A DNA stretch of 64,000 bases from Deltaproteobacteria bacterium (GCA_016214995.1 JACRML010000059.1:23010-87009), one strand, 5' to 3'. Counted from the stretch's first letter, positions 1 through 8,787 are shown. Program-made: numbers and translations. The notes: generated by a model not told the origin, from the sequence alone.

Positions 1-206
1 ATCGCATTGCCATGTCGCTTATTGCAGGCGGCGCTGTTGGAAATCTGATAGACAGGATTCAGTTTGGAGAGGTAATAGATTTTTTGGATGTTTATATAGG
101 CCGATACCACTGGCCGGCTTTCAATGTTGCTGACTCTGCCATTACAACAGGCGTTTTTATTGCGGTCTTCTCTTTATATGGAAGTAAAAATGGTTTATTT
201 TCTTAA
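1..206 (+). CDS. lspA: Lipoprotein signal peptidase (signal peptidase II), C-terminal fragment; the 5' end lies outside the window
   Basis: The frame is open from the window edge. [23 protein letters not shown]...[14 protein letters not shown] matches conserved C-terminal LspA motifs. Confidence 0.8.
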   Translation, partial: RIAMSLIAGGAVGNLIDRIQFGEVIDFLDVYIGRYHWPAFNVADSAITTGVFIAVFSLYGSKNGLFS

Positions 207-378
207 CCCGGAAAATGAATTTGAAATCTATTACGACTTGAAATCAGCCCACATGCGGCGTTGTCGGCAGAATTTTGACATTGAAATATTCCAATATTCC
301 TGCTGCCAAGATTCTGCCTCCGCCTTGCCTGTAAGGCTTCTTCTGCGTCTCATGACAATTCCAACTGCATTTTCTGGG

Positions 379-1125
379 TTAATCATTTCCTAACCCCATT
401 TTTTTAAGCTCAGCCCGTACAAACTCCAGTATACTCTTTTGGTCTTCCGGTGCAGGACGAACAAACTGAACTCCAACTCCGCCGAAAAGGCTCTTTTCAC
501 CACCCATCTGTGTGCACCATTTGACGAGTCCTTTGATGTTTAAAATCTTTTTAGAACCGGGGAGTACAAATCTCATATACAGATTTGTTCCGGGGAAAAG
601 CGTTTTTTTAGTATGCAGGAAAAGACCTGTTTCGCTTATATTCAGCAGATAACCAGTGGCTGATATTTCACCGATATTAAAATCTACAGGGAGGGATAGT
701 GGAATCCTTGGGTCGCCGCGCTGTGCAGCTCCTTTAAGAGGAAAAAGTATTTTATTAACCCTGAATATAATTTCTTCCGGGGTGTATGCCTTTGTCATAA
801 GGCCTTCCACACCATGTTTTTTTAACCTATCTATGATCTGGGCAGTCTCATAAACGCCTGATATAGCCAGAATGTGAAATTTACCTTTGAGGCCATTATT
901 GTTTATCCATTCCAACGCCCCAAAACCGTCTATATTGGGCATCTGGAGGTCAAGGAGTATCATGTCTATACCATTTGGGTTTATCTGTATCTCTTTTATA
1001 AGCTCTGCCCCATCTTTAACAATCCTGACCCGATGACCCGCCTCTGTCAGGACATCGCTTAACTTTACCCTGAAGAATGCACTATCATCTGCCACAATTA
1101 TAGTCTTTGAATCCTTTGTAATCAT
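379..1125 (-). CDS. Response regulator with an N-terminal receiver domain and a C-terminal PilZ (c-di-GMP binding) domain
   Basis: Receiver motifs are present (IIVADDS..., DMILLDLQMPNIDG). The C-terminal RGDPRIPLSLPV...GYLLNISETGLFL matches the PilZ RxxxR / D.S.GG pattern. The start is moved to the ATG at 1125 (MITKDSK); the ORF track begins at 1161. Confidence 0.8.
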   Translation of the reverse strand: MITKDSKTIIVADDSAFFRVKLSDVLTEAGHRVRIVKDGAELIKEIQINPNGIDMILLDLQMPNIDGFGALEWINNNGLKGKFHILAISGVYETAQIIDRLKKHGVEGLMTKAYTPEEIIFRVNKILFPLKGAAQRGDPRIPLSLPVDFNIGEISATGYLLNISETGLFLHTKKTLFPGTNLYMRFVLPGSKKILNIKGLVKWCTQMGGEKSLFGGVGVQFVRPAPEDQKSILEFVRAELKKMGLGND

Positions 1126-1208
1126 AGCTGTATATATAGCTAAAAATAAGGAAAAGGTCAACTACAAGAATATCTTAACCACTAAGCGCCTCTTACTTAT
1201 GATGAGTG

Positions 1209-1979
1209 CTATATCATCCCCTTTATCCTGCAGATAAAATCAAATGCCTTTTTTACAGCATGGTCTTTTCCTTCCAATATCAATACAACCGCCCCTTCTG
1301 AACCGGCAACGCCGCCAGATGCCACATGAGTTGCTTTGACACCAGATGCTCCAAAAAGAATATCTATAGCCTGTAATTCTGTCATCACCTTGGCATTTAC
1401 AAGCGGCATCATGCCAACTTTATCGCATGTAGCATACTTAATCCTCCCCTGACCGCATTTTTTTGCTGCCTCAATAACAGAAGGAACAAATTTTTCAAGG
1501 CCAACAGGGACAATCAAATGGCTTCCCCGTGCATTCAGTATTCCCATTGCGGCACCGATTGTCCCGCCCTTGTCATTGGACATAAGAATGCCTGCATAGC
1601 CGTTTGCGTCCACTGCATTTGCACCTTTTATATACACATCATCTGCTGTAAATTCCTGAAGCATGTCCTTGGGAGATGTCTCAACAACCCTGCCGTTTTT
1701 CAGCAGAAACGGGTTTATTCTCTTATCTGCCTCATTCGCCCCAAGCTTGCCATTTGTAACCCTTCCTGCTGCAAACCAGAATTTATCCACCTTTTTTCCT
1801 GTTATCTCCTCTGCCACATAGGCATTGGTTGTGCCGCCAATGATTATTATCCTTCCCTTTTTAAGCGCCCTCTTTACATCAGGCATCTCTTTGACAGCCT
1901 TTGCAATAAGCCTTTTGGATTCAGCCGGAGTGAGGACAACCACTCCCCTTATTTCTTCATTAGAATTTTTATAAAACAT
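1209..1979 (-). CDS. Conserved hypothetical protein (about 256 aa), family not recognised
   Basis: Long ORF with coding-like composition. ATG at 1979 is preceded by GGAGGG. The 66 upstream codons in the ORF track are a translation of a repeat element. Confidence 0.6.
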   Translation of the reverse strand: MFYKNSNEEIRGVVVLTPAESKRLIAKAVKEMPDVKRALKKGRIIIIGGTTNAYVAEEITGKKVDKFWFAAGRVTNGKLGANEADKRINPFLLKNGRVVETSPKDMLQEFTADDVYIKGANAVDANGYAGILMSNDKGGTIGAAMGILNARGSHLIVPVGLEKFVPSVIEAAKKCGQGRIKYATCDKVGMMPLVNAKVMTELQAIDILFGASGVKATHVASGGVAGSEGAVVLILEGKDHAVKKAFDFICRIKGMI

Positions 1980-2002
1980 ATTCCCTCCGTTATTATAAAT
2001 CT

Positions 2003-2097
2003 CCCAAAAATAGACATTGATTTTTGGGTAAACTGGTAAGTTGGCTGACAGACAACACACCCCTTTAGTCCCCTCTCGAGAGGGGACTAAAGGGGTG
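2003..2097 (-). repeat. Mosaic multi-hairpin element, copy A (truncated): terminal CCAAAAA/TTTTTGG hairpin, linker and part of the ACACACCCC hairpin
   Basis: Long near-identical blocks are shared with copies at 32331, 53065 and 61116. The strand symbol gives orientation relative to copy D. Confidence 0.8.
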
Positions 2098-2108
2098 CAG
2101 CAGGCGTT

Positions 2109-2750
2109 ATGGTTTTGGTCTCTTTTGTAGAGCTTCTCCAGCAGGGGATAAAGAGTATTGGATTCACTTACGGACATTTGGCGTTTTTTGCAGGCATGGG
2201 CTTAATGTATGCGATAGATGTTCTTATTCCGCATAATTATATACTGGAAGAGCATGACCATTCAGAAGAACATAAACATTCAGAGGTTTCGATAAAAAAC
2301 AAGCTGCAAAAGGCATCTCTATTTGTCGCTGTTGGTATCGGCATACACAACTTTCCCGAAGGCATGGCGACATTTGCCGGCACACTCAAAAATATAGATG
2401 TGGGCATTGCAATTGCCATTGCAATTGCCATACACAATATACCGGAAGGTATTGCTGTATCTGTGCCAGTCTATTCAGCAACAGGCAGCGCCCGCAAGGC
2501 GTTTTTCTGGTCTTTTCTATCAGGAATCAGTGAACCATTAGGGGCGTTGGTCGCAGGCCTCATATTGCTGCCGTTTTTAAACGACACCGTGCTGGGATGG
2601 ATGTTAAGCGGTGTAGGCGGCCTGATGGTATTTATTGCCTTCGATGAACTCCTGCCAATATCCCATTCCTACGGCAGGGAACATCTCTCCATTATTGGCG
2701 TAATAACAGGGATGATAGTGATGGCAGTGAGCCTTGCGATGCTGAATTAA
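2109..2750 (+). CDS. zupT: ZIP-family zinc transporter ZupT, apparently missing about 40 N-terminal residues
   Basis: Paired HNFPEG and HNIPEG motifs and a His-rich loop (EEHDHSEEHKHSE) are present. The frame is closed by TAA at 2088-2090 and the first ATG is at 2109. The alignment to E. coli ZupT, from memory, starts near residue 44. Confidence 0.7.
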   Translation: MVLVSFVELLQQGIKSIGFTYGHLAFFAGMGLMYAIDVLIPHNYILEEHDHSEEHKHSEVSIKNKLQKASLFVAVGIGIHNFPEGMATFAGTLKNIDVGIAIAIAIAIHNIPEGIAVSVPVYSATGSARKAFFWSFLSGISEPLGALVAGLILLPFLNDTVLGWMLSGVGGLMVFIAFDELLPISHSYGREHLSIIGVITGMIVMAVSLAMLN

Positions 2751-2789
2751 TTAGTTCACGCTGAGAAACGCCCATCGTTCGGCTGATGG

Positions 2790-2830
2790 TTCGACAGGCT
2801 CACCATGACTGTCACCCTGAGCCTGTCGAA
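2790..2830. repeat. Palindromic repeat TTCGACAGGCTCA ... TGAGCCTGTCGAA
   Basis: Perfect 13-nt inverted arms. It lies inside the spurious ORF 2751..2990. Confidence 0.6.
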
Positions 2831-3174
2831 GGGTCACGACGAAGCCTGCTGCGTTGTCTTCGTTGCTGCGCTGCACGTATCTGTAGCTTGCCCATTTATG
2901 GGCGTCTTTAAAAGCGCCGATGAATCGGCAAACTACAGCGCCTTGCATCTGGGCAATTTTTGAGCATGAACTATAAAAGACGTTTTTCAATATCGCCTCA
3001 TTACGAATGCAATATAATATGCAGCTAAAAATTATTCTCCTTACTTTTTGAGGAGTTAAGAATATAATTAGGCAAATGTTTCTTGACTCTAATCATACGT
3101 TGACCTAAAATTCGCTAAAAGATGCATGTAGACTAAAAAAGAATGTTAGATTTTTAACAGACCACCATAACATC

Positions 3175-3816
3175 ATGAACATATTATATTTAATCCTTGG
3201 TTGGTTATTAGGTTTATTAAGCCCACAAATTGTAGATAAAATAAAACAATATTACACTAAGCAAGAATTATTTAATGGTATCAAGACTGAAATTAAAGAA
3301 ACGCAATACAGGCTTATTTGCACAGCACATATATTGGGAATGCGTGCAGGAAAATGTGACAGGGAATATTTGGAATGGTGTCTACCATATTTTGAAAATT
3401 ATGAAGGAAATCAGCCTACAGAAAACATAAAAAAAGCCATTAAAGACCTACTAAATAAAAAAAATGAAGATATAGACCAAGCTGTTTTAATATTAAGAAA
3501 AAAAGATGAAGGCATAGGCTTAAGCCTTAAAGAACATCATTTACCGTTTTTAGAATCAAAATTTAGTAATATATCTATGTTCAATATTGAACTTCAGAAT
3601 ATTCTACATGAAATAAATACAAGGATTAGACTCCTTAATGAAGAAACAGAAAAAGCAATAAAATATTTTTTCATGACATTCGATACAAATCAATCAGAAG
3701 AAAACCATAAATTAATAAAAAACAATATTTATGACGCTTACAAAAATTTACAAATAATGGCCATAAGTATAATTAAAGAAATGGATAAAATAATTAATTA
3801 CAATAAAAAAATCTAA
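3175..3816 (+). CDS. Hypothetical protein with one N-terminal transmembrane helix; no recognisable family
   Basis: 213-aa ORF with hydrophobic N-terminus MNILYLILGWLLGLL, followed by a Lys/Glu/Asn-rich, probably helical region. The DNA is visibly far more A+T-rich than the neighbouring genes. Confidence 0.5.
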   Translation: MNILYLILGWLLGLLSPQIVDKIKQYYTKQELFNGIKTEIKETQYRLICTAHILGMRAGKCDREYLEWCLPYFENYEGNQPTENIKKAIKDLLNKKNEDIDQAVLILRKKDEGIGLSLKEHHLPFLESKFSNISMFNIELQNILHEINTRIRLLNEETEKAIKYFFMTFDTNQSEENHKLIKNNIYDAYKNLQIMAISIIKEMDKIINYNKKI

Positions 3817-3894
3817 CAATGAATTAGGGGCAGGGGGAAATTAGGGATAGATACCATTAAAAGGTCCCATCAGGGCAAGTGGGTCAGGTCTATG

Positions 3895-4035
3895 CAGGCT
3901 GTTGAAAAAGACACCAACAGCCTTGATTACACCGATTAGAAAAAACGATTACACAGATATTTCAAGGAGTTTTAATCTGTGTAATCTGATTCTTTATCTG
4001 TGTAATCAGAGATTGTTGAGTTTTTCAACAAGCTC
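3895..4035 (+). mobile_element. MITE-like element with four GATTACACAGAT boxes and TTGAAAAA-containing terminal inverted repeats, copy 1
   Basis: Ends are CAGGCTGTTGAAAAAG ... GAGTTTTTCAACAAGCTC. Internally there are two direct and two inverted copies of GATTACAC(A/C)GAT. It has no coding capacity. Confidence 0.8.
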
Positions 4036-4301
4036 TATTTTCTTGACATCGTCTCAGTATATATAAGCAGACCGAGTCTTGAAAAGATATTCAGCAAGAA
4101 CATCTATGGGGACGATAAGAGAAACAAGATGATAAGAAGAAAAAAAGGTATCAGATTTGTTTTCCAGATATTTTTGAATGGTATTCAAAATCTGTTGAAA
4201 TCTGTGTGTTGAGCGGTGTCCAAATACTTTTTCCAGAAAAAAGACCTTGCTACTTACTACTGTTAGTGCTACCATTAAAACTATCATAGGAGGTATCACT
4301 A

Positions 4302-4583
4302 ATGGTTAAAATTCCGAATATCGTACCAATCACCGATCTTCGCCAAGATGCAACAGCCATTGTAAAGCGTGTGGCCAAGCTGCGGGAACCGCTTATTATC
4401 ACACAAAGGGGGCGCGCTGCCGCTGTGATGGTCAGCATAGAGGAGTATGAACATTCCCAGCATGAACTCGAACTTTTGAGGCTTCTTGCTCAAGGGGAAA
4501 AAGAAATAGAAGCAGGCAAGGGCTACGACCTTGACGTAGTTCTCTCGGAAGCCGATAAGTTGTTAAGAGATCTGCAAAGGTGA
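4302..4583 (+). CDS. Type II antitoxin, Phd/YefM family
   Basis: VPITDLRQDATAIVKRV...EPLIITQRGRAAAVMVSIEEYE is typical of Phd/YefM. GGAGG lies upstream. There is a 4-nt GTGA overlap with the downstream toxin ORF. Confidence 0.85.
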   Translation: MVKIPNIVPITDLRQDATAIVKRVAKLREPLIITQRGRAAAVMVSIEEYEHSQHELELLRLLAQGEKEIEAGKGYDLDVVLSEADKLLRDLQR

Positions 4584-4882
4584 AAATCCGTTTTACTCCT
4601 TCAGCTCGCACTCAGTTTCTTGCCGCACTCGCATACATTTATCGCGAGAACCCAACGGCAGCCGCGGCCTTTCGGCACAAGTCAGAAAAATCATTGTCGA
4701 GACTCCAAAAATTCTCACAATCCGGCAGGACGTTGCCGGAATTTCCTGCTCTTCCATTTCGAGAAGTTATAGTTGCTTCATATCGTTTTTTCTACCACGT
4801 AAAAGGGAAAATCGTTTGGATTGTGGCTGTATGGCATGGCGCTCAACTCTCGGAAGAGCCAACTGAAACCGAAAGCACCTAA
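4580..4882 (+). CDS. Type II toxin, RelE/ParE family
   Basis: 100-aa ORF translationally coupled to the antitoxin. The C-terminal YRFFYHVKGKIVWIVAVWHGAQ resembles the ParE/RelE fold signature. Confidence 0.8.
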   Translation: MKIRFTPSARTQFLAALAYIYRENPTAAAAFRHKSEKSLSRLQKFSQSGRTLPEFPALPFREVIVASYRFFYHVKGKIVWIVAVWHGAQLSEEPTETEST

Positions 4883-4921
4883 AAACACACTCCAGCGGGA
4901 GGCTAAGAACCGCTGCTGATC

Positions 4922-5461
4922 TCACCGCCTCAAAAACATCACTTCATCCAGAGCCTTCCTCTTACCCTTTCCTCCCTTTTCTGCCGGGTGGCCGAGGGCA
5001 ACAACAGCCATGAGTTCAAGATTAGAAGGGGCATTTAATCCCGATGATTCGGGATTTAATAATTCTGCCACTTTCTCCTTATTTCTCAATATCTCTCCCA
5101 GCCATACAGCGCCCAGACCCATATCATGGATGACCAGAAGCATATTCTGAATACATGCGCCTATTGCCTGACAGTCCTTTGTCCTGTCGTAGGAAAGATT
5201 GTGGTCTAAAAAAACAGCTATACAGCATGGTGCATTTTCAATTATCTTGGTATAGTGGGTGAGTCCTGCAAGTAGTTTGCGCAGCGCTTCAGACTTTATG
5301 ACAGCAAACTTCCACGGCTGATTATTTTTGCCGGACGGCGCCCAGATGCCGGCGGTAAGTATCTGGTCAATCATTGCATCATCAATTGGTTCACTGGTGA
5401 ATTTTCTTATACTTCGGCGGGATTTGATAAGTTCTGATATCGGAAGATATTCGCTGGCCAT
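4922..5461 (-). CDS. Nitroreductase-family protein
   Basis: RRSIRKFTSEPI...APSGKNNQPWKF is the classic nitroreductase N-terminal motif. The start is set at the ATG at 5461. Confidence 0.85.
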   Translation of the reverse strand: MASEYLPISELIKSRRSIRKFTSEPIDDAMIDQILTAGIWAPSGKNNQPWKFAVIKSEALRKLLAGLTHYTKIIENAPCCIAVFLDHNLSYDRTKDCQAIGACIQNMLLVIHDMGLGAVWLGEILRNKEKVAELLNPESSGLNAPSNLELMAVVALGHPAEKGGKGKRKALDEVMFLRR

Positions 5462-5480
5462 ATAACCCAAAAAATCAAAA

Positions 5481-6331
5481 CTACACCTTTCCTTTTGCAA
5501 AAAAAATCCTGTTTTTGCCCTGATCCTTAGCCTTATACATGGCCTTATCTGCCTGGCTTATAATAGCGGTTCCCATTTTTGTTATCTTTTTGTTTGGCCT
5601 TACATTTTCTTTTAAAGAGGCAACGCCTGCACTGCATGTTATAACCCCTTTTATATTTAATGCCTTTTCTTTTGGGCCGACTGCATCTTTTACAAATATA
5701 TTATTTCCTATCTTTTTTCTAATTATTTCAGCATACTCCCCTGTATTTCTTATATCTGCACCGGGCAGAATAATAACAAATTCGTCGCCTCCATATCTTG
5801 CAAGAACTTGCTTATCTCATTTTCCAAAGATTCAAAAAAGAACCTGTCGTTATAAAGGCCTGTTAGATTATCAAGCCGTGAAAGCCTCTCAAACACCTTG
5901 GCATCCAAGGTATTCTGTATAAGGGTTGAGGTATAACCTGCAAATATCTTTAACAGCGCAAGGTCCTTGGGCTCATAATTTATCTTCTCCTTCCTGTTGA
6001 TAAGCTCAATTACACCTATCTTTGTTCCATCTATTTCTATTGGAACGCATATTATTGACCTGCTTGTAAATTTAGTCTTTCTGTCTATGCCTGAGTAAAA
6101 ATGGCTGTCAGTTTTTACATCCTTGCTTATATACGGCTTCCCTGAAGTGTAAACATTGCCAACGATGCCTACACTGCTTGGCATAGAGTTTCCTACAATA
6201 GCCGAAGAACCTCTTCCAAAGCAGGCGATAAAATAGAGCCTGCCTTTGCCCTGATTCTCAAATTTTAAAGCAGGGTCATCCAGAAATATGGAGCCAGACT
6301 CTGAGGGAACAAATTCATTTGCCCTATGCAA
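5481..6331 (-). pseudogene. GAF-GGDEF diguanylate cyclase remnant with an internal deletion and a frameshift
   Basis: The GAF-like ORF 5750..6331 ends ...LTGLYNDRFFFESLENEISK and then terminates. The C-terminal half of a GGDEF domain (VLARYGGDEFVIILPGAD...ADKAMYKAKDQGKNRIFF) continues in another frame from about 5816 to a TAG at 5481-5483. About 45 residues between the two pieces are missing. No ATG or GTG precedes the GAF domain. Confidence 0.7.
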
Positions 6332-6538
6332 TATGGCCTTTAATAAATCGCCAATATCTATCTCTCCGCCTTCCCACTTGTTTTTTTTCTTTCTGTGGAG
6401 GATTTTGTCCAGAAGGGCTTTTTTAGCAATGTTTATAATGATAGGAGTTCACCCCCTTTTGTAAAAGGCTATAGCTTAGGCCAATGTTGGAGTTTTTGCG
6501 GTTCTTAGTCTCGACCTTAGCCTTAACCTCAACCTTAG

Positions 6539-6919
6539 CTACTTAACAACATCACCCTTCCACTTATTCATACCACCCTTAAGGTTATATACTTCTTTAT
6601 AATTGTTCTTTACAAGGATAGCGCTGAGTTCATCACCCATAGGCCCTCCGTGGCATACAAATACAATGCGGTTATCCAGGGAAAGTTCCTTAAGTATTCT
6701 GGGCTTGGCAGCGCCATAAGGGATATTTATAGCACCTTTTATATGCCCTGCTGCAAATTCATAAGGCTCTCTGACATCCACAATTACCATAGGTTTACCG
6801 TCAGACATCATGACCTCCATCTCTTTACCATCAATCAGCTTGTAGTCTGATGCAAAAGATATAGAAACAGCAACTGCCGTCCATATAAAAAGTAATCCTA
6901 AAAATAAAATCTTCTTCAT
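6539..6919 (-). CDS. Secreted rhodanese-domain sulfurtransferase
   Basis: Signal peptide MKKILFLGLLFIWTAVAVSISFA. Rhodanese motifs IVDVREPYEFAAGHIKGAINIP and the active-site loop CHGGPMG are present. GGGAGG precedes the ATG at 6919. Confidence 0.85.
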   Translation of the reverse strand: MKKILFLGLLFIWTAVAVSISFASDYKLIDGKEMEVMMSDGKPMVIVDVREPYEFAAGHIKGAINIPYGAAKPRILKELSLDNRIVFVCHGGPMGDELSAILVKNNYKEVYNLKGGMNKWKGDVVK

Positions 6920-7112
6920 GGAAAACACCTCCCATTTTGGTTTTGCCCCAAGTCTATCATATATTTTTGATAAAAAAAAGTTTTGAAGGGTATTTTATAA
7001 GTTGCAAGGTCAAAAAGATCTATAAGATTACAAATACCATCTCCTAATTTTTTGTATATGGAAAAGAGACGGAGGTTAATATGGCAAGGCAAAGCAGAAA
7101 CTATTTTATTGT

Positions 7113-8417
7113 TCACTGCATTCTGCATATCGTCTCAAAGCGTTTTCTCCTCAAGAAGCGGCCAAGGTTTAATATAAGCGACTGCACCGGCCTTTTATGG
7201 CCTGCCCGCAGCATCCTTTTTGATATGGAAGGGATGGAGTAAAAATATTTATAGGCAAATATCAGACCGCTCAGAAGCTCCTCAGAAGTCAGTTTCGGAT
7301 GTTTAAACACTACATGATTGGCATCGTATTTATCCCACTCGGTATGCAGGAGTCTGCCCTCATCCTTCATCTCCTGAAATAGTTTTGTGCCAGGCAAGGG
7401 CGTAAGTATATAAAAATTCGCCGCATCCAGCTTTGCGTCAATTGCAAAATCCACAGTCTCCTTAAATACATTTTTATCATCCTCGTCAAGGCCAAAAATA
7501 AACGACCCGAATATGTTAATGCCTGCATCATGTATCTTTTTGAAAGATTCCTTATACTGCTTGACCTTGTTAAACGATTTTCTCATCTTTGCAAGGTTTT
7601 TTTCGGAAATAGATTCTATTCCTATAAATATCCACTGGCACCCGCTTTCAGCAGCAAGATTTAAGAGTTCCTTATCGTTTGCAATAAGGGAGTCTCCCTG
7701 GCATGACCACTTTTTTTTAAGCGGAACCATCTCCCTGAATAATTTTTTTGCGTATACCTTGTTGCCATACAGATTGTCATCAGCAAAAAAGACCATCCTG
7801 CCCTTAAGCGACTTTAATTCTTCTATGACCTCCGGTATCGGCCTGTATCTGAAACCTTTGCCCCAGAATGTTGTTACAGAACAGTAGTGGCAGTCATGCG
7901 GGCATCCGCGCGAAGCCATAAGCAGACTGCTTGAGAAATATCTATCCCGTTTTAACAAGTCCAGCCGTGGTCTCGGCAGATTTACCAACGTATGCTGGCC
8001 TGTACCTTTATATATCTTTTTCAGCCTGCTGTGTATAAAATCTTCCAACACAACCGGCCATACATCTTCCGCCTCGCCCAAAACAATAGAGTCTGCATAA
8101 TTTGCCGCCTCTTCAGGCAGCATTGAAACATGGATGCCGCCAAGGATTACAGGAACGCCCCTTTTCCTGAACTCCTGAGCTATCTCATAGGCGCGGGGGG
8201 CAAGCGCCGTCATGGTGGTTATTCCTACCAGGTCTGGCTTGGCGTCAAAATTAATATCCTCTATATTATCATCTACAATGGTGATTTCAAAACGGTTGTC
8301 AGTCAGGCCAGCAATGCTGGGAAGGCTTAATTGCGGAATAGGATATCTCCCCTTCTTTCTGTTGTCTCCGAGATTTTTTTTGTGTGCAGGATATATTAAT
8401 GTAAGTCTGTATTTCAA
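7113..8417 (-). CDS. B12-binding-domain radical SAM protein
   Basis: The N-terminal region resembles a cobalamin-binding Rossmann fold (DLVGITTMT...GVPVILGGIHVS), followed by the CPHDCHYC (CxxxCxxC) radical-SAM cluster motif. Confidence 0.85.
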   Translation of the reverse strand: MKYRLTLIYPAHKKNLGDNRKKGRYPIPQLSLPSIAGLTDNRFEITIVDDNIEDINFDAKPDLVGITTMTALAPRAYEIAQEFRKRGVPVILGGIHVSMLPEEAANYADSIVLGEAEDVWPVVLEDFIHSRLKKIYKGTGQHTLVNLPRPRLDLLKRDRYFSSSLLMASRGCPHDCHYCSVTTFWGKGFRYRPIPEVIEELKSLKGRMVFFADDNLYGNKVYAKKLFREMVPLKKKWSCQGDSLIANDKELLNLAAESGCQWIFIGIESISEKNLAKMRKSFNKVKQYKESFKKIHDAGINIFGSFIFGLDEDDKNVFKETVDFAIDAKLDAANFYILTPLPGTKLFQEMKDEGRLLHTEWDKYDANHVVFKHPKLTSEELLSGLIFAYKYFYSIPSISKRMLRAGHKRPVQSLILNLGRFLRRKRFETICRMQ

Positions 8418-8445
8418 GGTAATATTTTATAAAGTCATTAATATC

Positions 8446-8488
8446 TTAACCCGAAAAATACATTTGGTTTTTATTTTTCGGGGGTTAA
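8446..8488. repeat. TTAAC-ended hairpin module, solo copy (between the HNH and radical-SAM genes)
   Basis: TTAACCCGAAAAATA-loop-TATTTTTCGGGGGTTAA. It is related to the modules at 31218, 31375 and 41757, and to the terminal hairpin of the mosaic element. Confidence 0.7.
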
Positions 8489-8490
8489 AA

Positions 8491-8787
8491 CTATTCTAAT
8501 GACTTCATATACTCCTGCCATTCCATGGGAAGCAGATATTTCTTCCTGTTGTTACAATCCTTGCAGGCGGGAACAATATTGCCTTTCGCACTTTTGCCTC
8601 CACGAATTATAGGCACAATGTGGTCCATTGTAATCTCGGCAGGATAGACCTTCTTGCCACAATAATAACATACACCAGCACTTCGTTTCTTATACCACCA
8701 CTGGCTACCTCTTAATTCTCTGGCCCTTGTCTTCTCCCTCTTTATATCTTCTTCAGTTACCCATGGTATATAATATTTTTCTACCAT
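8491..8787 (-). CDS. Small HNH endonuclease
   Basis: CYYCGKKV...MDHIVPIIRGG...NIVPACKDCNNRK is an HNH zinc-finger nuclease motif. Confidence 0.85.
   Translation of the reverse strand: MVEKYYIPWVTEEDIKREKTRARELRGSQWWYKKRSAGVCYYCGKKVYPAEITMDHIVPIIRGGKSAKGNIVPACKDCNNRKKYLLPMEWQEYMKSLE

Noticed and set aside
1980-2177. N-terminal 66-codon extension of ORF 1209..2177
   Set aside because: The extension is a read-through of mosaic element copy A. A well-placed ATG with GGAGGG lies at 1979.
2751-2990. 79-aa minus-strand ORF (…VTLRQAQGDSHGEPVEPS…)
   Set aside because: It spans a perfect palindrome (2790-2830) and other repeat debris. The peptide is the kind produced by translating palindromic intergenic repeats. 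There is no ribosome-binding site and no recognisable domain.
4054-4493. Minus-strand ORFs 4054..4299, 4250..4438 and 4299..4493, upstream of and antisense to the antitoxin gene
   Set aside because: No domain, ribosome-binding site or coding-like composition. Two of them overlap the confidently called Phd/YefM gene.
6916-7128. 70-aa ORF between the radical SAM and rhodanese genes
   Set aside because: It overlaps both neighbours' ends, is A+T-rich, and has no start context or recognisable motif.
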